Positions 55,014-64,000 of a stretch of 64,000 bases of DNA are shown here, piece by piece. The notes below the pieces were generated by a model. It did no database searches. It saw only the letters and a list, made by a program, of their open reading frames with translations, and was not told the DNA's origin. Numbering within the stretch: the first letter of the stretch is position 1; each line of letters begins with the position of its first letter. The DNA is from Octopus sinensis. Taxonomy: Eukaryota. The stretch spans positions 119,164,001 through 119,228,000 of the forward strand of contig NC_043001.1 of assembly GCF_006345805.1 (NCBI RefSeq), read 5' to 3'. A program made the position numbers and the translations under genes.

Positions 55014-55679
55014 AATACATTAAAAGTCAGATTGAATCTTGCTTGCTTCCTTACAATGTTACTCAAACAAACTGGTGCATAATGGGAAAATACTATGAAT
55101 TAAATTTTACCTGAAATGTAAATACGAACGGAATGAAAGAACTTTCACGTAAATCGGTGAAGTGGTTGTGAAGATACTGAGATTTTTCGCGGTATAGAGA
55201 CCCAAAACGGTACGTAATGGGAAACGTCTCTGAAAATAACTTAATCCTGAAAGGGAGGTAACTCTTACTTTTCGATTAGACTGATTTAACAATGAAAAAT
55301 ACAATGTGTTCTTTTACTGTAAATGTTTCTGTTTTCGCTTTTGTTAAAAATATTTTAATAAATTAGAATTTTTTTAAGTGAAGATGATTTAAAAAAACGT
55401 TTTTGGTACAATAAGTATTTATATATTAACTTTCTTCAAGAAGACAATATTTTAATGCTTTTTAAAATTATTTTCAAGTGAACATCATTACAAAGCTTTT
55501 TTGCATAGATATTTCGTAAAATACCCGTTTGGAACCTCGGTGGGAAATAAATTTTTTTCCATAGGGATTTTTTTTGAGTGCATTCAACGTATTTATGTAT
55601 ATGTATGCATGTACCTGTGTCTGCGATATGAGCATACACACAAATATATGTTTACATATGATTATACATGCATACATAC

Positions 55680-55712
<33 letters not shown>

Positions 55713-55763
55713 TAATATATAATATATATGTGTGTTGTGTGTGGTGTGTGTGTGTATGTGTGG

Positions 55764-56064
55764 AGGAGGCGCAATGGCTCATTGGTTAGGGCAAGCGGGT
55801 TCGCGGTCGTAGGATCGCGCGGTTTCGATTCTCAGACCGGGCATTGTGAGTGTTTATGGAGCGAAAACCCATAAAGCTCCACGAGGCTCCGGCAGGGGTG
55901 GGGGCGATCCCTGCTTTAATCTTTCGCCACAACTTCTCTCTGTTGGCCTGCTCGCTTAGCCAGCGAGGCGGCGTCATTGAAGCTAAAACAATGCGAAGCG
56001 CATTGTGACCAGCGATGTGTAGCAACATCTGATAGCCTGGTCGGTCACGGTGATCACGGTGATA
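55764..56064 (+). mobile_element. full-length SINE family C
   Basis: tRNA-like head aggaggcgcaatggctcattggttaggg...ggtttcgattctcagacc; tail gtcacggtgatcacggtgata. Confidence 0.9.
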
Positions 56065-56155
56065 TATATGTATGTATATATATATATATATAATATATAT
56101 AATATATATTATAGATATGTGTGTGTGGGTTGTATGTATGCATGTGTATTATATA

Positions 56156-56187
<32 letters not shown>

Positions 56188-56375
56188 CAAACATTATATA
56201 TTTATATATATTTATATATCTCCTCTTAATCCTCTCTGTCGAAGAGCGTAGGCTCGAAACATAAAATACTGTGTAGCAACATCTGATAACCTGATCCGTT
56301 CACGGGATCACGGTGATATATATGTATGTATATATATATATGTGTGTGTATGTATGTATGCATGTGTGTGTATAT

Positions 56376-56407
<32 letters not shown>

Positions 56408-56476
56408 CACATTTATATATTTATATATCTCCTCTTAATCATCTCTGTTGAAGAGCGTAGGCTCGAAACCTAAAAG
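56016..56476 (+). repeat. diverged tandem duplication (SINE C tail + microsatellite + family D head)
   Basis: Units 56016-56269 and 56270-56476 both start tgtgtagcaacatctgat and end gaagagcgtaggctcgaaac..taaaa. Confidence 0.85.
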
Positions 56477-56749
56477 ACTTTCCGGAGCGTTAAACTAATA
56501 TACCTGCTTACTGTTCCTACACCTGTCTTCGTCTTTTGTTTTCTATAAATTTGAACTATGTATTATATGTTCACGTGGTTACTTCATTTTGATCCTGCCT
56601 GACCGAAATTCCCACTCTGTTGGACTTACATCTTAACTACTTACGGAAAGTTCTGTACCTCTCCTCATCGACATAACCAGCACTCCACCCGGATTACCAC
56701 TCGATCTTCGGACTCTACTTCCACAGATGTTACTGGCTATATATCTTTG

Positions 56750-56788
<39 letters not shown>

Positions 56789-57677
56789 ATATATATATAG
56801 ATATATATATATATATATATAGATATATATATATATATATAACATATACTTATATATACATATACATATATATATAGTATGTATTATATATATATATAAT
56901 ATATATATATATGTATATACATACATATATATATATATATATTATATATATATATATATATATTATACATATAGATATGTGTATATACACATCCACTCAC
57001 ATATATATATACGTATATATATTTATACATATATGCACACACATATACACACACACTATATATATATACATATGTATAGACGTGTAGACACACACACGCA
57101 CACACACATATATATACGCGTATGTATGCGTATACATTTACATACAAATATACATATTTTAATAAATGTTTAACCGCCTATATATCTCTGTTCATTCCTC
57201 TTATTTGATTGTCTCTCTCATCCTATTTCCCTTCACCTACCTCATGGTATCTATGTATATATATGTGGGTAGTTCTACACACGCACACACACGCACGCGT
57301 GCGAGCACGCGCAGACACACACACACACACACACATATATACATACGACTTTTGTCTTTGCATGAATCACTTGCTGCATCACCAAACAATGGTTCTCTAA
57401 CCTCCTCCATGATTCGCCGTAGGAACCTTCTGAAGGATCCTCTCATTTGCAGTACTTGACAGAATCTTTAAGCTTTGAATATTAAATGGGATCTTAAGTA
57501 GAAATCGATAACTAAACTTATAACTTCTTCTTCCTCCTCCCTCTACGTCTCCTCCTCCTCACCTCCCTTCTCACCTCTTCCTCCCCCTCCCCTCCCCCCC
57601 CCTCTTCTTCTTCTTCTTCTTCTTCTTCATACTTCTTTTTCTTCTCTTCCTCCTCCCCAGCCTCCTCCTCCGCATCA

Positions 57678-59100
57678 TCATTTTAAAAATTATTTTCTCT
57701 TCATCACAGGTTTTGTTGGAGCTCCTGGAGTCCTGCATGCCTAGCGGACTTGCTTCCTACATACAGCCTACGATACCATTCTATTTGTTCTTTTCAGCTA
57801 TCTAATACTTTTCTTATTCTGGCCGTGCCAAGGAGGCAAATCTTTTGTAGCAGTTCTACTGGACACTCTATTCCAATTTCCTTTATATTCCTCTTGATGT
57901 CTTCTGATACTGTTCCCAAGGACCCAACAATAATTGGCACTATCTTCACCTTCTTCATTTTCCATAGCCAGGCTATTTCGTAATTAAGAGGGTTGTATCT
58001 ATCTATCTGTCTATCTATCTATCTATTTATCTTTTCGTGTACACTCGTGGGTCAAAGGGGAATGCAACATCAACTATATAGAACATGTGGTGCACCTTGT
58101 CCACCACCACTAGATCCGGTCTCTTATGCTCTAGCATATGATCTGTTTGGATTAAGAAATCCCAAAGGATTTTCCTAGTTTCCGACTCTGCCACTTTCTG
58201 CAGTTTGTGCTCATAGCACATCTTGTCTCTCTCTAACATCTTGTCTCTCTCTAACATCTTGTCTCTCTCTAACATCTTGTCTCTCTCTAACATCTTATCT
58301 ATCTGGACGTCAAAGTCCCAAAGGAACTTTGACTTCTCGTTTTCGTCCACAACTTTTTTCAGTGCATGTTGGTGCCAGCATAGGAACCAGTGAAGGTTTT
58401 GGGTTTACCTTGTCGTGTCTGCGCTTGTACACTTTCTGCGTAAGACTTTCACAAGCACTAACAATGTGAGTCACATTTTCGACCTTCTACCTACAAATTC
58501 TACTGAGGTTCGTTGTACTTGTGTAGTATACATCCTTTTTCATTGAGTTGGTATTCAATGCCTGATCCTCGGCAGCGATGCTTAAGCATTCAGTCTTCTT
58601 TTTAAGGTCACCCTTGCTAGCCATCTCCATGAGGTTTCCTGGTCCTTTTAAGTTTTACAGTTGAACCGACCATGCATTTCCATGCGGAGTAGAATTTTTT
58701 TCTCTCGTTGGTTATTCATGATAGGAATTCCTCAGCACTCTCAACTATTGTTGGTAAAGCTTCTTGCATTAGTAGCTTATTGAAGCAGGTCTTGTTAGCT
58801 GTTTACCAGATACTCTGCCATGTTTATTCTTTCACTGTCGATGCACTCCGTACGCTAATTAGGCCACGTCCACCTTTACACTTCTTCATAAATATCTTGT
58901 GTATGTTCACCTTAGGGTGAACAACACCATGTGTTGTTATCGTCTTTTGTGTAGTGTGATAGAGTTGGTCAATTTCCGCTTATTTCACAATGGGTGCACT
59001 GTAGCGGACTACAGCAACAGCTCGTATACTAATGGCATGTACTCATCCTCATCCGGGTCTCCCATTTGCTCTCGGCTTGGCAGTTGTATACCCTTAAAAT
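57678..59100 (-). mobile_element. R4/Dong-clade LINE 3' part (RT end, CCHC knuckle, restriction-like endonuclease), decayed
   Basis: HPKVNIHKIFMKKCKGGRGLISV, ENVTHIVSAC, YKRRHDKV, ILWDFLIQTDHMLEHKRPDLVVVDK...IVDVAFPFD, VPIIVGSLG and LQKICLLGTARI; GAT-rich tail. Confidence 0.88.
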
Positions 59101-60759
59101 CTGCTCTTTATATGTATGTATGTAAGCATGTACACACACACACACAAAACCATATATATATATATATACCTATGTATGCATCTGTGTATGTAAATAAGAT
59201 GAACGTGTATAATGCGAGAAGTTTGAGAAATAAGGAAAGATATGGACAAATAGATAAAAACTCTATATTTCAACCTATATTGGTATTAATACTAATCCGA
59301 GTTTTCTGAACGGAAGATTCAAGAGAGAATAGTAGATACTTAATCATTATAAAATTCCGATAACATAGTTGTTGGAGTTGTTATTGCTATTGTTGTTGTT
59401 TTTGTTTTTGTTGTTGTTACCATCTTCGACATAGTTGGCTGTGAAAGCATGAACTTACACCGGTCGATAATGATCTCAGAGTTTTAGTTACTATGATTCT
59501 GAGGTATGAAGTATATACATAGCGTGAAATGCTGAGGTTGGGTGTGGCATGGTAGGGTATGGCGATGCATTTGGTTGTATGGTGTGGTAAGGTAAAATTA
59601 ATTTGATGAGGATTCCTATCTTGAAATGGTTTATAAATCATTAGAATTGTCTATTGACCGTTTGTCTCAGCATTACCCACCACTTCTCTGCCTCCAAATA
59701 TATTTTATTTCGCTTGTCTTCTAAGTATATAAGTAATTAAGTAAGTTAGCAAAATAGTGCTGATGAGAAATTTTGGAAAGATTCTGAAGTAATTCCTTCA
59801 GTAATGTCTATTAATGATTTCTTTTGTAGACACAGACAAACAATTCTGATTTACCGAAAACTGGTAAATCAGACTGAAAAGTTTCCGTGAGATTTCGAAT
59901 AATGATTTCTGAAATAGGCTCAACACCAAGACAGAGATTCATAATTGTTTCTAACATTGGCAACAATAGTCATAATTTGGAGAAGGTTGGGGAAGTGGAT
60001 TAAATCGAGCCTATTAGTTAACTGGTGCTTTATTTTCTCGAAAACGAAAGGCAAACCTGATTTTGTTGGAATTTGATTTTATGACAATCTACAGTGGAAG
60101 AGATTCCAAATTTCCTTTCAAATTTTAGCACAAGGCAGTATATATAGTACATACTCAGCACTGCAGAGAATGTGATGTACAGGTTGCGTTATATTAGTGA
60201 GTGGTGTTTGTATAGATTATGAGTATTTGTGTAGGATTTTTGAGTCGTTAGTGATGCATAGGTAGTGTTATTGTGTCGAGTACCGATCAATGAATATACA
60301 CTATTATTTTATTGGGTGAAGATTATATTTAGAATGTGTTGTTCGAATTGTACAGCAAGTGTACTCCATAGGATATGTTCTCTGTTAATCATGCAGCTAA
60401 TTTGTTACCTTCTTATGAAAATGAAACAATCTTATGAGAAGTGACTGCAACTGTCCTCTATCTTTAATTCTCAAGGATAGTTTGAATGATTCTTGCGGAA
60501 TTCAAAATGGTAGTTTTCTGCCAGCTTCACTACCTGAATCTCAATTCTAATCTACCTCAGCCATTTGATCTGCTGCTTGGATATTTTATCTAATGTCCTA
60601 AATAAAACGTTGGCGTTTCTAGGAATTTTTATAGCGATTAAAAATTTGCCATTTTTTGGTTCGTTTTTGTAACACCTCTTATTCCTATTAGTTCTCATTC
60701 TTTTATTGTTTGATTTCAGCTGCAGGTGTTTTCCAAACTGACACTTTTTAGGGGTACTG

Positions 60760-61200
60760 TTCTATTATATTGAAGCAATATATGTGCAGTCCTTAAAAGT
60801 CCTATTTTCTATATATTTACTACGTATGCAATTACCCTGGTTTCGATTAGTTATTCGTCTGCAAGTTTCTGTTTTTCCATTGTTACATTCTGTTTGCATC
60901 TATTTCCAGATTTTTGTATTTCATTATTTTCTCAATTTCTTTTGGAAATATATTGTTATTCATTAGAACTGTTACTTCGATTAGAAGATATTTCTTTTCT
61001 GAATAATTTTTGACAATAACATATACACGATTTACCTTAATATCTTTCACTGAATGAATTAAGCACACCCCAGAGGATAATCACATCGTTATTAGATTTT
61101 ACAGTGTATATTTGTGCTATCTCTTTTAAGTCAGTATTTTGTATTGTTGACATAGTTTGCAATATACCACTGCGTGTTTCCAAGTGAATCTCCTTCGGCC
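60760..61200 (-). mobile_element. degenerate R4/Dong-like LINE fragment
   Basis: VIVKNYSEKKYLLIEVTV...KEIEKIMKYKNLEIDANRMWK. Confidence 0.7.
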
Positions 61201-61759
61201 ACTGAATACCAAGAAGGAAAACAAGGTAGATTGGCTTTTACCACACTTCCGCAGGGCAACCCACTTTAATTACGAGCAGTAAACCAGAAGACTCAATTAT
61301 AAAGCAATTTCCATTTTCTTTACTGTCTGTTGTTAGAATAGGAAGAGAACATGGCGAATGTAAATTATTTCAACGAAGCAGTTACATATCCATACTATAG
61401 TTATTTCATCTTTTTCCAACGGTTTGAAACAATAAATAGCGAATGAAGTCTGTTTCATTTCCGGAGTCTATGGTACTCCTATCCACGAACTGTCAATTTT
61501 GGCTACTCCAAGAGAATAACGACACAGTACACGGTCTCGATATCTTTCGCAAATCGACTTCAATTGTGTTGCCAGATAGGAAGAACGTATTCGATGCTAA
61601 AGTCTTAAATATATGACGATTGTAAAAGAAACACTGAATAGATACGAAACACGGCTGGAATACCTTGAATTATATTATTTTTGCAACGTAAGTAGACCTG
61701 CTGCTAGAAATTGCACCAACATTAAAACCATGTAGTTCGATTGTTCCTTTGGCACTCAC

Positions 61760-61885
61760 CCCACCACCACCACCACCACCACCACCATCTTCACCATCAT
61801 CATCGTTGTCGTCGTTCTCCTCGTCCTCCCCGCCCTCCTCCTCCTCCACCTCCTCCTCCTCCTCCTCATCATCATCATCATCACC

Positions 61886-61968
<83 letters not shown>
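61760..61968. repeat. CAC/CCT/CAT trinucleotide block
   Basis: Direct reading. Confidence 0.95.
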
Positions 61969-62583
61969 GGACGCTAATTTACCCAAGATGATGGTATCCT
62001 CGTGTGGAAATGATTATCTTGATTATTTCTTCTATGAAATTTTGGTCCAATCAACATTTAGAATCACTAGTTAACATTCCTTTGTTACGTATAAAATGAA
62101 ACAGCAGCTTTTCTTTCCGTGTATCCATTGGTGTATAGCCATGACATTTGAACATCAATTATTCCTTGTCATGAATAAGGATATACACTTGATTCTCTGA
62201 TAAACGGGACAAGGGGGAAATTCAAAGAGAGACAGGGTCCTTTTCACAGGAATCCTTCCATTCAGCATCTTTGAACTAGTTTTTATGGATTTGAATGACA
62301 GACTTCAGCAGATAATTGTCATCTCTCTCTGTCTCAGAGTCTGTCGGTCCGAATGTCTCTGTGTATGTGTGTGTGTGTGTGTGTGTGTGCGCGAGATCGT
62401 GTGCATGCACGCGCGTTTGTGTGTATATACAAACATATATAAAGTTGCGCATCGTTATAGTTATATAAAGACGCATAAATGCATATATATATATCTATGT
62501 ATATATATATATATGAGTATACATTGAAATGTTTATAAGGGTGGCCGAGCGTGTATACATGCGCATGCTTGTACTTAAGCATA

Positions 62584-62663
<80 letters not shown>

Positions 62664-62705
62664 TATATATATATGCACATATATATATAACCATATATAT
62701 AAACT

Positions 62706-62745
<40 letters not shown>

Positions 62746-63513
62746 AACATATATATATAAACTTATATATATATATACGCACACGCACACACACACACAT
62801 TTATATACATATAAACATGTGTATTTAATAAATTAGAAAGGGATTGAGTTAATGTAGGGGAATATCTTTCTATATATTCCGTATATATGTATACATGTGC
62901 ACATACACATATATATGTGTGCATGTGTGGGTGTAAGTGTGTGTGTGTATGCGTGTAGACACATTCGTATAGACATATTGGGATAATTATATGCGGATAT
63001 ATGCGTGTGTACACATGGTATGTATGTGTGCGTATGTCTGTAATCAAATCACACATACACATGCAGATATCGTTTCTTGCATCATTACCTTTCCTTCTCT
63101 TCCAGGCGAAGGTCTGTTGGTGTTTGTGAAGTGATTAATGCAAAAGTAGTGTCCTCTTCCCTGCAAAAGCATGCAATTAAACGTGCAACCTTACATTCTT
63201 AGCATCAGGTTGCCAGTTGATAGCTCAGCTAAACACAACTGTAGCTGGAGTGATTAATCAAGTTGAATGTCTCCTATTTACTTGCATTTACAAGACAAGC
63301 TTCTAATGGGTTTACCTATTTTATGTGGGTGGTATGTGTGTGTGTGTTGGGATGTTTCTGCGAGTGAGTTTATGTATGAATCTATATTTGCGCGCGTACG
63401 CTTGCATCTATCTATCTATCTATCTATCTATCAATCTTCTCACACACATCCCTCTCACATGCTTGCACTTAAATATAGGAAGTATGCATTCATGTATGTA
63501 TGTATAATATATT

Positions 63514-63552
<39 letters not shown>

Positions 63553-63591
63553 CTGCGTGTGTGTGTGTACGTGTGTGTGTGTGTGTGTTCT

Positions 63592-63955
63592 GTCTTTTAT
63601 TCTTTTAGTTGTTTCGCCTTTAGTCGAACGAATCGACCCCAGTATTTATTCTATTAGTCTGTTTTACCGAACTGCTAAGTTACGGTGACGTAAACACGCC
63701 AACATCGGTTGTCAAGCGATGGTGGTGAGAACAAACAGATATAAAAATACGCACGCACACACACACACACGCACACACACACACACACCACACACACACA
63801 CACATTTGAACTGTGGCCTTGATCGTACACCCTTTCGAAGGGTTTAGGCGAACGAATTGACTCTAAAAACTGAGCCTGGCACTTATTCTGTGCTTTCTCT
63901 TTTGCCGAGCCGCTAACTTAACAGTGGTGGAGGACAGACAAGGATACAGAGACAC
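63592..63955 (-). mobile_element. two degenerate SINE family A remnants
   Basis: gcctttagtcgaacgaatcgacccc...ccgaactgctaagttacgg...catcggttgtcaagcgatg, followed by a second more decayed copy. Confidence 0.75.
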
Positions 63956-64000
63956 GCACACATACATACATACATACATGCTTACATACATACATACATA

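Noticed and set aside
57347-57446. Minus-strand exon-like segment MRGSFRRFLRRIMEEVREPLFG with a GTATGT donor
   Set aside because: Weak acceptor, the donor coincides with a microsatellite edge, and there are no partner exons.
59459-59498. 40-nt minus-strand exon-like segment
   Set aside because: AG/GT pairs of this quality are expected by chance in 64 kb, and the peptide is not recognisable.
61741-61991. Poly-His/Pro/Ser ORFs
   Set aside because: Pure trinucleotide expansion, open in all frames.

Overview
This is AT-rich, microsatellite-saturated eukaryotic DNA. The repeat landscape resembles a cephalopod (Octopus-like) genome, which is an inference from the SINE and LINE types. No long intact host ORF is present, and nearly all entries in the ORF track are translations of simple repeats. 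Recognisable elements are a near-complete but decayed CR1-clade LINE ORF2, fragments of CR1, L2-like, RTE and R4/Dong LINEs, and three families of tRNA-headed SINEs. DNA transposons comprise two mariners, a Tc1, a hAT-type MITE and a short Helitron, and there is one 100-N gap. The most notable signal is a set of type I hammerhead ribozyme (HHR) motifs from four unrelated short Penelope-like/retrozyme-like families. One is a perfect 67-bp-arm palindrome carrying an HHR on each strand. Another is a covarying long-stem-II family, and a third is a four-copy family with a non-canonical CUGUNGA core. A phase-compatible chain of four small + strand exons ending in a class I PDZ-type C-terminus (EFTTAL*) may be the 3' end of a host gene. 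All calls were made by eye; no searches were run.
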